A stretch of DNA of 36,704 nt from an uncultured bacterium (GCA_965371285.1 CBDUXU010000002.1:1-36704); one strand, 5' to 3'. Positions 6,150 to 14,608 are shown, numbered from the stretch's first letter. Notes: a model not told the origin generated them from the letters alone. Numbers and translations are program-made.

Positions 6150-9098
6150 ATGAGAACGGAAAAACGAACCCAGGAGATTGCCGAAGAACTCTTTGAGATG
6201 GTAAGCGGCCAGGTGCCGAGCTTTTTTAACCCGCGGCGCTGGAAGGGTCGTCTTATGGAGTGGTCCATGAAGGACGAATCCTTCAAAGTCCAGCTCTTTC
6301 GCTTCGTTGACCTAATCCCTACAGTAAAGTCCGACAAGGAACTCCTGAAAGTATTTACCGAGTATTTTTACTACGGTGGTAAGGACCTTCTTCCATCACC
6401 AATAAAGAGACTTATACCGCAGAGGGGAGTTCAGGCAACAATTGCCGCAAAGATAATAAAGGCAAATGTTAAAAGCCTGGCTAAACAGTTCATTGCAGGG
6501 AGTACGCCAGAGCAGGCAGCAGCGGAACTTAAAAAACTACGGAGTTCCAAAAAAGCTTTTACAGTGGACCTTTTGGGAGAAGCTGTCCTTAGCCTTGGGG
6601 AAGCCTCTTTATATGAGACTCGCTACATGGATATGATTAACACCCTCGGCAACCTTATAGAAAATTTTGATGAGGACCAACTTCTTGACAGAGAGCCGGG
6701 CGGGGCTATTCCAAGAGGAGATTTATCCCTCAAGGTTTCGTCCTTCTATCCCCGCATTAACCCCATGGACTTCAGGGGTTCAATTGAAGGCATAAAAAAA
6801 CCTCTCACAAAAATAATCAAAAGTGCCTGCGCAAACGACCTCTCCCTCACCTTTGACATGGAACACTACCAACTTAAAAACCTGACCTTAGAGGCATTTA
6901 AGAATATAGTAGAATCAATCCCCGAATTCGACTTCCCTGGCATAGCGCTCCAGTCTTACCTGAGGGACAGCGAAAAAGATTTAAGGTCGCTCATTGCATG
7001 GGCAAAGGAGAGGAGAAGAAAAATTTCAGTAAGGCTTGTTAAAGGCGCCTACTGGGACTATGAGAAAATAGTCAACACTCAGAACTTTTCCAAACTGCCC
7101 GTGTTTAAAAGTAAAGCCGAAACGGACAGAAATTTTGAAAAACTTACAAGGATTCTTCTTGAAAACGCGGAATATGTAAGGCCTGCCATTGCAAGCCACA
7201 ACATAAGGAGCATTGCCCACGCCATGGCAGTTATGGAAGAGCTTGGCCTAAAGAAAACTGCCGCCGAGTTCCAGGCACTCTACGGCATGGCAGAGCCCAT
7301 CAAAAACGCAGTCACCGTACTGGACTACCGACTTAGAGAGTATGTACCGGTGGGCGAATTCTTGCCCGGCATGGCATATCTTGTAAGACGCCTTCTTGAA
7401 AATACTTCCAATGAATCGTTTCTACGCCAGTCTTTTGTAGATAAGACAAAAATCCAAAACCTCATTACACTGCCTCCTGAAAAAAAAGAAAAGGACGATA
7501 TTGATATAATGATGAAAGAAAAATTTTCTAACACACCCCTTACAGACTTTTCCCTTGAGAAAGAGAGGGAGAGTTTTTTAAGCAGCATAAATAAAGCAAA
7601 AGAGAAGTTTAAAAACCCCGCAACCTTCCCTCTCCTAATTGGCGGCAAAGAAATAATGAGCCAAAAAACCTTTACATCCACTGACCCGGCGCAGCCCCAA
7701 AGGATTATCGGAATAATGTCTGAAGGGTCGGCAGACGACGCCCGAGCTGCAATTACTCACGCCGAAAGCGCCGGCAAAAAATGGGCAGCAGTCCATTATG
7801 ATGACAGGGCAGAAATACTTTTTAAAGCTGCCGAGTATCTTACCGGTATAAGACAAGAGGTAGCTGCAACAGAAGTATTTGAAGTGGGCAAGAGTTGGGC
7901 AGAGGCAGACGGCGATGTGGCAGAGGCAATAGACTTTCTAAACTTCTACGGCAGCGAGATAAAACGCCTTGGTCCGCCGCGCCGCCTTGGCACTCTTCCG
8001 GGAGAACTTAACTATTCAAGCTATATCCCCAGGGGGGTGGTAGCAGTGATTGCCCCCTGGAACTTTCCCCTGGCAATAAGCTGCGGCATGACGGCGGCGG
8101 CCTTAGCCGCGGGCAACAGTGTCATGTTAAAACCGTCGAGCCTCTCCCCGGTGACAGCCTACTACATAACCGACGCATTCCGCGAGGCAGGACTCCCCCC
8201 GGGAGTACTACAACTTATTACGGGGCCGGGAGGGACAGTTGGAAAAGCCCTGGTAGAGAGTAGCCTTACAGACGCAGTGGCATTTACCGGTTCAATGGAA
8301 GTTGGGCTTGGAATAATAAGGTCCGCCGGAGCGGTTGAGGTAGGTCAAAAGAATGTTAAAAAAGTCATAGCCGAGATGGGAGGCAAAAACGCAATCATCG
8401 TTGACGGCACGGCAGACATGGATGAAGCAATAAAGGGAGTGGTCAGTTCTTTTCTGGGGTATCAGGGACAGAAATGCTCTGCCTGCTCAAGGCTAATTTT
8501 AACGGGAGAGGATGAATATAAAAACGAGTTCTTAAAGCGCCTTTCCGAGGCAGTTGCGAGCCTTACAATGGGTCACCCATCAGAGCCGGGAAATATCATA
8601 GGCCCCATAATAGACGAGGGGGCCCTTAAAAAAATAAAAAACTACATCGAGATTGGTAAAAAGGAAGCGACACTCCATTATGAATTCAGTCCTGTTACAA
8701 AAGACGGCAATTTCGTAGGCCCGGTAATCTTTAAAGATGTAACCCCGGAGATGTCTATAGCAAAAGAGGAAATTTTTGGCCCAGTTCTCTCTGTCATGGA
8801 AGCCTCGGATATTGACGAGGCAATAGAGATTGCAAACAGGGCGACCTTTGCCCTGACCGGGGGCATCTATTCAAGAAGCCCTGCCAATATTGATAAAGTA
8901 AGGGAAGGCCTGGAGGCGGGAAATGTTTATATAAACAGGAAAATCACAGGGGCTCTGGTCTACCGCCAGCCCTTTGGGGGGTTCAAGATGTCAGGCGTCG
9001 GTACAAAGGCCGGCGGCCGGGACTATCTCCAGCACTTTATGTTTCCCCGGGTAGTCACAGAGAACACCATTAGAAGGGGGTTCGCTCCGGAGGAGTAA
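6150..9098 (+). CDS. putA: Bifunctional proline dehydrogenase / L-glutamate-gamma-semialdehyde (P5C) dehydrogenase, short PutA form without an N-terminal DNA-binding domain
   Basis: 982-aa ORF. The N-terminal half has proline-dehydrogenase barrel motifs (VRLVKGAYWDYE, ASHNIRS, YGMAEP, YVPVG...GMAYLVRRLLENTSNESF). The C-terminal half is an aldehyde dehydrogenase (VIAPWNFPLAI, EMGGKNA, GQKCSACSR catalytic Cys, EEIFGPVL, PFGGFKMSG). AAGGAG lies 13 nt upstream of the ATG. Confidence 0.95.
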   Translation: MRTEKRTQEIAEELFEMVSGQVPSFFNPRRWKGRLMEWSMKDESFKVQLFRFVDLIPTVKSDKELLKVFTEYFYYGGKDLLPSPIKRLIPQRGVQATIAAKIIKANVKSLAKQFIAGSTPEQAAAELKKLRSSKKAFTVDLLGEAVLSLGEASLYETRYMDMINTLGNLIENFDEDQLLDREPGGAIPRGDLSLKVSSFYPRINPMDFRGSIEGIKKPLTKIIKSACANDLSLTFDMEHYQLKNLTLEAFKNIVESIPEFDFPGIALQSYLRDSEKDLRSLIAWAKERRRKISVRLVKGAYWDYEKIVNTQNFSKLPVFKSKAETDRNFEKLTRILLENAEYVRPAIASHNIRSIAHAMAVMEELGLKKTAAEFQALYGMAEPIKNAVTVLDYRLREYVPVGEFLPGMAYLVRRLLENTSNESFLRQSFVDKTKIQNLITLPPEKKEKDDIDIMMKEKFSNTPLTDFSLEKERESFLSSINKAKEKFKNPATFPLLIGGKEIMSQKTFTSTDPAQPQRIIGIMSEGSADDARAAITHAESAGKKWAAVHYDDRAEILFKAAEYLTGIRQEVAATEVFEVGKSWAEADGDVAEAIDFLNFYGSEIKRLGPPRRLGTLPGELNYSSYIPRGVVAVIAPWNFPLAISCGMTAAALAAGNSVMLKPSSLSPVTAYYITDAFREAGLPPGVLQLITGPGGTVGKALVESSLTDAVAFTGSMEVGLGIIRSAGAVEVGQKNVKKVIAEMGGKNAIIVDGTADMDEAIKGVVSSFLGYQGQKCSACSRLILTGEDEYKNEFLKRLSEAVASLTMGHPSEPGNIIGPIIDEGALKKIKNYIEIGKKEATLHYEFSPVTKDGNFVGPVIFKDVTPEMSIAKEEIFGPVLSVMEASDIDEAIEIANRATFALTGGIYSRSPANIDKVREGLEAGNVYINRKITGALVYRQPFGGFKMSGVGTKAGGRDYLQHFMFPRVVTENTIRRGFAPEE

Positions 9099-9114
9099 CC
9101 TCCCCCCTTACCCA

Positions 9115-9906
9115 TTACCTAACCTTTAGTACCAAACACTTTGCGCTTCCCCCGGCCTTGATGAACTCGCTAAAGTCAAGCGTGTGGATGGTAAGACCCT
9201 TATCTTCAAGGGTCGTTTTTAATTCATCAGTGCAGCGGTTCATTACAATATCCCTGCCCAGAGCTAATGCGTTGCAGCAGAAGTTTTTGGCGTCCTCCTC
9301 ACCTACTTCGATAAGCTCAGGGACGAGCCCTGCCAAAGCTCTCTTGCCGTAGTCGTCAAAGGCGCCGGGAAAGTATAGGGCACTATTATCATCCAAAGGG
9401 CAGAAACAGGTATCGAGGTGATAGAAGTCCGGGGAGGCAAGCTCCAGAGAGATAACTTCTTTTTTTAATATCTCTCCTATTTTGTTATGGGACTTTATGT
9501 CGGTGCGATATTTAAAACCTGCAACCAAAGTGCCTCCAAACATAAGGGCGTCTCCCTCACCTTCGAAGTGGCAGTCTTCGGGCAGTTTGATAATCTCATA
9601 CCCAGCGTCCCTGAACCACTTTTCGAAATAAGGCGCTTCTTTTTGCCTTTGTTCAAACCGGAAGTTACTTAGTATAAAACTATTTTCGAATACAAGCCCT
9701 CCGTTTGCCGTAAAGACCATATCGGGAAGTCCCTCTACCTGTTCTATATACTCGATGGTAACATCAAGACTCTTTAAAAGATTGTTAAAGTCGTCCCACT
9801 GGTCAAGGGCCTTCTTAGGGTCCGGCTGAACCTCCAGGTGCATCCAGGGGTTTATCTCATAACTTACTGCGTAGTACTGCGGGCGGCAAAGGAGGAGTTT
9901 GGTCAT
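9115..9906 (-). CDS. Amidinotransferase-superfamily guanidino-group-modifying enzyme, arginine dihydrolase (ArgZ/AgrE N-domain)-like or DDAH-like
   Basis: 263-aa ORF. PDMVFTANG, FEGEGDAL, FYHLDTCFCPL (His) and C-terminal GGSAKCLVLKV (nucleophilic Cys) fit the pentein/amidinotransferase fold. The start overlaps the upstream stop in ATGA (9903-9906). Confidence 0.7.
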   Translation of the reverse strand: MTKLLLCRPQYYAVSYEINPWMHLEVQPDPKKALDQWDDFNNLLKSLDVTIEYIEQVEGLPDMVFTANGGLVFENSFILSNFRFEQRQKEAPYFEKWFRDAGYEIIKLPEDCHFEGEGDALMFGGTLVAGFKYRTDIKSHNKIGEILKKEVISLELASPDFYHLDTCFCPLDDNSALYFPGAFDDYGKRALAGLVPELIEVGEEDAKNFCCNALALGRDIVMNRCTDELKTTLEDKGLTIHTLDFSEFIKAGGSAKCLVLKVR

Positions 9907-11186
9907 GATAGCTTACTGGATAGTTTACTCGATAGTTGACTTGATAGTTCTTTAAGGAAGGTGCCTGCGTCCATGACAAGGCCAGTTGCCTGCCCGGTGC
10001 CCCGGTCAGAGAGCTTAGTGATGGCCGAGGGGTCTATATCAACACAGACTGTGCGTACACTTGCGCCAAGCATATTACCCACGGCAATGGAATGGAGCAT
10101 GGTGGAAATCATTACCACCATAGTTACCCCCTTTAGCTTTTCCCTCATAACATCCTGGGCAATGAGTACATCGGTAATAACTTCCGGCAAGGGACCATCA
10201 TCTCTTATGGACCCTGCAAGGACAAAATCCACACCGTTTTTTATACAGCTAAACATGATGCCGTCCTTTATTACTCCACTCTCGACTGCCGCCTTTATTC
10301 CCCCTGCATCCCTTATGGTATTGATAACACGGATGTGGTGGTTATGACCCTCATGTGTATAGTCGCCTTCTTTAAGTGAAACCCCCAGTGAAGTCCCATA
10401 AATGGCAACCTCCATGTCGTGAACTGCCAGTGCGTTTCCCGCAAAGAGGAGGTCAACATAACCTCCCTCTATAAGGCCGGCGAGATAATCCCTTCCCCCT
10501 GTGTGGACTATGGCAGGGCCGCATACAAAAAGTATCTGACCCTGATTTCGGCCTCCGCCTTGGCCCTGGCCTGAATCTTTTATTTCTTTTATCTCCTCTG
10601 CGATGGCAGCAATCAGCGGACCAGTCGGTTTTTCGCTTGAGACGCCGCTTGACATAAAACGGAAATCACAGTCCCGCCTTTTTTCCGGGAGCAGTACCCT
10701 CACCCCTGCCGAGCCCACAGCAATCACATCCCCCTTTTTTACGTCCTTCATCTTTAAGGTCCGTGACACGCCAGCTCCGCCCTCAACGAGAATACCCGAG
10801 TCCATAGAGGTGCCTGTTACACTTACCCAGTTTCCTTTATGAAATATTTCGGTTTCGAGATTGGTGGTAGAATAAAAACCGCCTGGAAAGACCCCGTCCT
10901 TTGTTGCGACTTGAAGGAGAACTTCCTTTTTCCCTACCGCCGCTGCCCCAAGCTCTCCAATGCGCGTAAGTATACTGTCCAGGGTTTTCCGGTCAGTGGC
11001 GGTTACTTTAAGTTTTGCAAAACTGGGGTCATCTTTTGTCCTGCCTATGTCGATTTCTTCCGTAAGGTAGGTGCCGCCGCGGGCCATTATCTCGTCATAG
11101 ACCTTGGATAGGATAAGAGAATCTATAATGTGCCCTCTTAGCTCTACTATTTCCCAAACTTCCTTCATATTCATATAAGATACCAC
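9903..11186 (-). CDS. TIGR00300 / LOR-SDH conserved-region family protein (archaeal-type ornithine cyclodeaminase-like, equivalent to the AgrE/ArgZ C-terminal domain)
   Basis: 427-aa ORF. The N-terminus ELRGHIIDSLILSKVYDEIMARGG...IDIGRTKDDPSFAKLKV matches my recollection of this family, and a Rossmann-like GPAIVHTGG segment is present. The start is ambiguous: GTG at 11186 or in-frame ATGs at 11174 and 11168. Confidence 0.65.
   Translation of the reverse strand: MVSYMNMKEVWEIVELRGHIIDSLILSKVYDEIMARGGTYLTEEIDIGRTKDDPSFAKLKVTATDRKTLDSILTRIGELGAAAVGKKEVLLQVATKDGVFPGGFYSTTNLETEIFHKGNWVSVTGTSMDSGILVEGGAGVSRTLKMKDVKKGDVIAVGSAGVRVLLPEKRRDCDFRFMSSGVSSEKPTGPLIAAIAEEIKEIKDSGQGQGGGRNQGQILFVCGPAIVHTGGRDYLAGLIEGGYVDLLFAGNALAVHDMEVAIYGTSLGVSLKEGDYTHEGHNHHIRVINTIRDAGGIKAAVESGVIKDGIMFSCIKNGVDFVLAGSIRDDGPLPEVITDVLIAQDVMREKLKGVTMVVMISTMLHSIAVGNMLGASVRTVCVDIDPSAITKLSDRGTGQATGLVMDAGTFLKELSSQLSSKLSSKLS
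9907..9950. repeat. 3.7 copies of a 12-bp tandem repeat inside the 3' end of the cyclodeaminase-like gene
   Basis: GATAGCTTACTG / GATAGTTTACTC / GATAGTTGACTT / GATAGTTC. On the minus strand it encodes the C-terminal tail LSSQLSSKLSSKLS. Confidence 0.8.
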
Positions 11187-11253
11187 AAAACCGCCCCCAA
11201 AGTCCCGCAGTCAAGATTTTTACCTGATTAGCGAGGCAAAAATTCCGCAGCGT

Positions 11254-11300
11254 ACTCTACCATAACTCTACCATAACTCTGGCATACTACCGGCTACCGG
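11254..11300. promoter_or_regulatory. Tandem direct repeats in the divergent promoter region (candidate regulator binding array)
   Basis: ACTCTACCATA (11254-11264), ACTCTACCATA (11265-11275), ACTCTGGCATA (11276-11286), then CTACCGG CTACCGG (11287-11300). The 11-bp period equals one helical turn. Confidence 0.45.
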
Positions 11301-11322
11301 TTTAAAACAATGTCCATTTTTA

Positions 11323-11331
11323 TGTTATAAT
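11323..11331 (+). promoter_or_regulatory. Extended -10 promoter (TGtTATAAT) for the hemerythrin-domain gene
   Basis: TG at 11323-11324, TATAAT at 11326-11331, 32 nt upstream of the ATG at 11364. Same ATGTTATAAT 10-mer as upstream of putA. Weak -35. Confidence 0.45.
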
Positions 11332-11363
11332 ATTTTCCAATTCAAATTAGGAGTTTGACATGT

Positions 11364-11921
11364 ATGGAAAAAGGAACAGACAGTCTTAGAAGTGACCATG
11401 AATCTATTACCCTCATGCTGGATATTATGGAAGCAGTTAACAAAAAGATTGACGGTGGTGAAAAAGTAGAAGCAGGCGACATTGGGGATATCTCGGAGTT
11501 CCTAACCGACTTTGCAGACAACTATCACCACAAAAAAGAAGAGAATTTCCTATTCCCCGCCCTCGAAGCTGCGGGGATGCCTGCCCGCGGAGGACCTGTT
11601 GGCATAATGCTTCAGGAACACGAAATTAGCCGATCACTAACAGAAAGAATAAACGAGTCTGCCGGTAACTATGTTAGCGGGACGGAGTCCGCCCTCGAAG
11701 ATTTTAGATCAGCAGCAGCAGAATATGTGTCCCACCTAAGGCAGCATATAGATAAAGAAAACAACATACTCTTTATGATGGCTGACGCCCAGCTGGACCA
11801 ATTCGCCCAGGCAGATTTAGTGGATAGTTTTGATGAGTACCTCGATGGTACCTTTGGGAGTGACCGTTATAACGAACTCCTATCTATATTAAATGGATTA
11901 AAAGAAAAGCACTTAACATAA
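11364..11921 (+). CDS. Hemerythrin HHE cation-binding domain protein
   Basis: The ORF track starts at TTG 11355. ATG 11364 is preferred because AGGAG (11349-11353) lies 10 nt upstream. HE/HH ligand pairs: LRSDHESI, NYHHKKEENFLFP, MLQEHEISR, LRQHIDKENNILF. Confidence 0.75.
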   Translation: MEKGTDSLRSDHESITLMLDIMEAVNKKIDGGEKVEAGDIGDISEFLTDFADNYHHKKEENFLFPALEAAGMPARGGPVGIMLQEHEISRSLTERINESAGNYVSGTESALEDFRSAAAEYVSHLRQHIDKENNILFMMADAQLDQFAQADLVDSFDEYLDGTFGSDRYNELLSILNGLKEKHLT

Positions 11922-12146
11922 TTCTCAGGTGTTAATATAAGTTTTATCATTACATCGAAGTATCGAACTTGCACTGAAAAATATCAAACCACAAATAAAG
12001 AGACTCTCTAAGTAGTCATACCGCTGCTCCTGAGGTCATAGCCCACCTCGAATGTAACTTGCTTAAGAAGGTCGGTTAATTCCTGCCTCAAAGAAACAAA
12101 AATCAAAACAGGAACATTTCTTGGATTTTCAACCAGGGGCTTTTAA

Positions 12147-13286
12147 CTAGCCAAGAATTTTAAGCCTGGCAGATACATCCTTAGTATTACTTCCAACCAA
12201 CTTCATATCACCAACTTTCTCACTAATGGAGACAGATTTCGTAGCAGTACTAAACTCAACTAAGGACTCTTTTAATCTCTTTAAAGGCCTTACTACCTCC
12301 AAAAACTTTTTTTCCGCGACCTTATCAAAGAAAGCAGCATCACTTACCAAATAATCCCCTTCAATTCCTTGCAGCGTATCACCTAAATATTTAATAGTTT
12401 CATTGCTGCTGCTGAAGTTCTCTTTAATACTACCTTCGAGCTTTCCCAGCGCTGCATTTTTATATGTCATATCATCATTTAAGTTTTTTAAGTTTACCTC
12501 TGTTAATTTTTTTATATCCTGAACCGACAGGTTCATCCTCTCAGAGGCACTAATTGATTTGGCAACCAATGCGCCTAGTTCTTCTGCCAGAAGCGACATC
12601 TCCCCGCCATACCTGCCGGACTTGGAATCCTCAAAAGCTTTGGAAACAACAAGCATATTCCCCCAGTCGGCAATACACATAACCTCTGTGCCTATATTTA
12701 CAATATCTTCCAACTTTGTGTCTAAAGATATCATGTTAGAACTATAATCTATATTTTTCAGGCGAATGTCTTTTAGAACTGCCAGCATATCCTCTATAGA
12801 CTTACTACTCTCTTTCATAGCTTTATCTCTGTAATCTGCAAAAAAAACTGCTGTTAATTCTTTATCTTCATTATTTAAGTTAGCCAAAAGCGCTTCTGAA
12901 TTACCTTTAAATGCTTCTGTCGCCTTGGTAAAATTTTTATCTATAGAGTCAAGAGTCTCTTCCGCTCTCACAAGGACCTCATTTAAAACGCCGGAAAGAC
13001 CGGTACTACCCTCCTTTTTTTGTTCAGATGTCCCAGCTGCAGGCGACCTCTCAAGAGACTTTATGTCAGATTCCATTAGGGCCTTTCTTTCTTCATAACT
13101 TACATTAGAAATGGATATAAAAGTATAAACACCTATGGCAGTTGCTATGTTAATAGCAATAGCCAGCATTAGCGGAGTATCAGCTAAAAAAACTAAAGGC
13201 ACAATTGACGCAGCTACCAAAACATAAAGCCCCGTATATATAGAAATTGATTTTTCTATTTTAAACAACCCTCTATCTATTTTCAT
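12147..13286 (-). CDS. Membrane protein with an N-terminal TM hairpin and a coiled-coil cytoplasmic domain resembling a degenerate methyl-accepting chemotaxis protein signalling tip
   Basis: 379-aa ORF. Two adjacent TM helices with essentially no periplasmic loop. IADWGNMLVVSKAFEDSKSGRYGGEMSLLAEELGALVAKS aligns without gaps to the MCP hairpin consensus IAeQTNLLALNAAIEAARAGEaGRGFAVVAdEVRkLAerS (about 12 identities in 40 by eye). Confidence 0.4.
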   Translation of the reverse strand: MKIDRGLFKIEKSISIYTGLYVLVAASIVPLVFLADTPLMLAIAINIATAIGVYTFISISNVSYEERKALMESDIKSLERSPAAGTSEQKKEGSTGLSGVLNEVLVRAEETLDSIDKNFTKATEAFKGNSEALLANLNNEDKELTAVFFADYRDKAMKESSKSIEDMLAVLKDIRLKNIDYSSNMISLDTKLEDIVNIGTEVMCIADWGNMLVVSKAFEDSKSGRYGGEMSLLAEELGALVAKSISASERMNLSVQDIKKLTEVNLKNLNDDMTYKNAALGKLEGSIKENFSSSNETIKYLGDTLQGIEGDYLVSDAAFFDKVAEKKFLEVVRPLKRLKESLVEFSTATKSVSISEKVGDMKLVGSNTKDVSARLKILG

Positions 13287-13422
13287 TACTATTCCTCCCT
13301 TTAGTTTTACAAAGTTTTACTACTCACCGGAAACGAAGACACCCCTACAAGCCTGTTATTGAGGTAGTTAAGCTATAGAACCGGCTTTTTAATTAACTTA
13401 CATAATATTTATAAAAGAGTTT

Positions 13423-13794
13423 TTATTGTTGCTGAGAAACTCCGTTTACAGCCGACATAAGCGAGTCTGTAATAAAGGGCTTAATGAGCCAGCCTGTGGC
13501 TCCCGCCTCTTCGCCTGCCTCCCTATCAGACCCGCTGTCATCGGTAGTTACTATTATTATTGGTGTATTTTTATGTTCATTTATACCTCTGATTGCCAGG
13601 GTAAGTTCTATACCATTCATTTCAGCCATATTAATATCCGTTATAATTACATTAAACTCATGGTCACCTGATAAAATAGAAAGGGCTTTCTCGCCGCTAT
13701 CGGCTGTAATAACCTCAAACCCCTCATATTTGAGCATATTTGAAATTATACGAAGCATTGTTGAAGAATCATCTACTGCCATTATTCTTTTCAT
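13423..13794 (-). CDS. CheY-like single-domain response regulator receiver
   Basis: 123-aa ORF. MAVDDSSTM (acidic pocket), VIITDINMAEMNG (phospho-acceptor Asp), IIIVTTD (Thr), WLIKPF (Lys). Confidence 0.9.
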   Translation of the reverse strand: MKRIMAVDDSSTMLRIISNMLKYEGFEVITADSGEKALSILSGDHEFNVIITDINMAEMNGIELTLAIRGINEHKNTPIIIVTTDDSGSDREAGEEAGATGWLIKPFITDSLMSAVNGVSQQQ

Positions 13795-14207
13795 AATTCA
13801 CCTCAAAGCTTTATGTTTTAAGACATAAGGTTATTTTTATAATCTAATAATAACTATTCTAATAAATCAGTTATACATGAGGTGTTTTAGTATAATCAAA
13901 TTAGTGCGGAAAACTCCGAGATATGCAAAACTACGGAAAAGTGAAAAATAGATGCCTACTTTTGACAAAGATGATTTTTCTATGAAGATGAGACCAGGAA
14001 GCTAGTCTATTGAAGCCATATAATATTTACTACATATACAGATATTCACTTACACCAATACCTTGTAAAAAACCCCTTTATTGAAAAAAAGCTAATAAAT
14101 TCAATACATTATAGATTGATACGATATCATGAGAGAGATACAAGCTGAAAAAATTATAATGATTTAATGAATTAAATACATTATACATTAAATAAATAAA
14201 CGGTCAA

Positions 14208-14235
14208 GCCCTATTTTATACAAAATAAATAGGGC
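14208..14235. other. Orphan perfect hairpin inside the long AT-rich non-coding region upstream of the DAB operon
   Basis: GCCCTATTT (14208-14216) / AAATAGGGC (14227-14235) with a 10-nt loop, followed by AATGTTTTC. It sits between two divergently oriented genes, so it does not terminate any annotated gene. Confidence 0.5.
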
Positions 14236-14608
14236 AATGTTTTCAATAAGTTAAGGCTAGAAAAACTGCCCAAAAGCATAAAAACTATGCCCATTTATTG
14301 AATATTTCAATGTAATAGACGCCTATTTTAAAATATATCAATACCTTTATTAATTATCGAATAGTTAAACTATCCCCCTTTTACTCCTATATTATATTGA
14401 CACCTCGTTATTTCAATAGGTGAGGACTTGCCATTGACATGATTTTTGAATTTAAATTTTAGAATCTAATTGTGTTGCCTTAATGTGGGTATATGCTATG
14501 TTATATGGTGTAATTACTCACATTTTTTAGATATTTAGCTATATTGCGGACATAGGTTATTAACTAACCTTACATATAAATTATATAACAACTTTAGATA
14601 TTTAAATT

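Noticed and set aside
5687-6337. ORFs 5687-5905 (+, 72 aa) and 6086-6337 (-, 83 aa) spanning the hydrolase 3' end and repeat, and the putA 5' end.
   Set aside because: They overlap well-supported genes or the repeat and hairpin region, have no SD and give low-complexity translations. The region is better explained as repeat plus promoter DNA.
14161-14210. Recurring CGGTCAA heptamer preceded by AT-rich -10-like sequence at 3511, 14201 and 32925 (AATCGGTCAAGG / AAACGGTCAAGCC / TATAATCGGTCAATG), with GATTTAAT upstream in two cases.
   Set aside because: A given 7-mer is expected several times by chance in 73 kb of two-strand sequence, and I cannot exhaustively count occurrences inside genes. Only the 32919-32924 case forms a convincing promoter. 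It needs a computed motif-enrichment test.
14398-14474. Sigma70-like hexamers upstream of dabB1: TTGACA at 14398-14403, and TTGACA at 14444-14449 with TAGAAT at 14469-14474.
   Set aside because: The spacer is 19 nt for the best pair, and there is no acceptable -10 for the first. In DNA this AT-rich such matches are expected by chance. Not called without TSS data.
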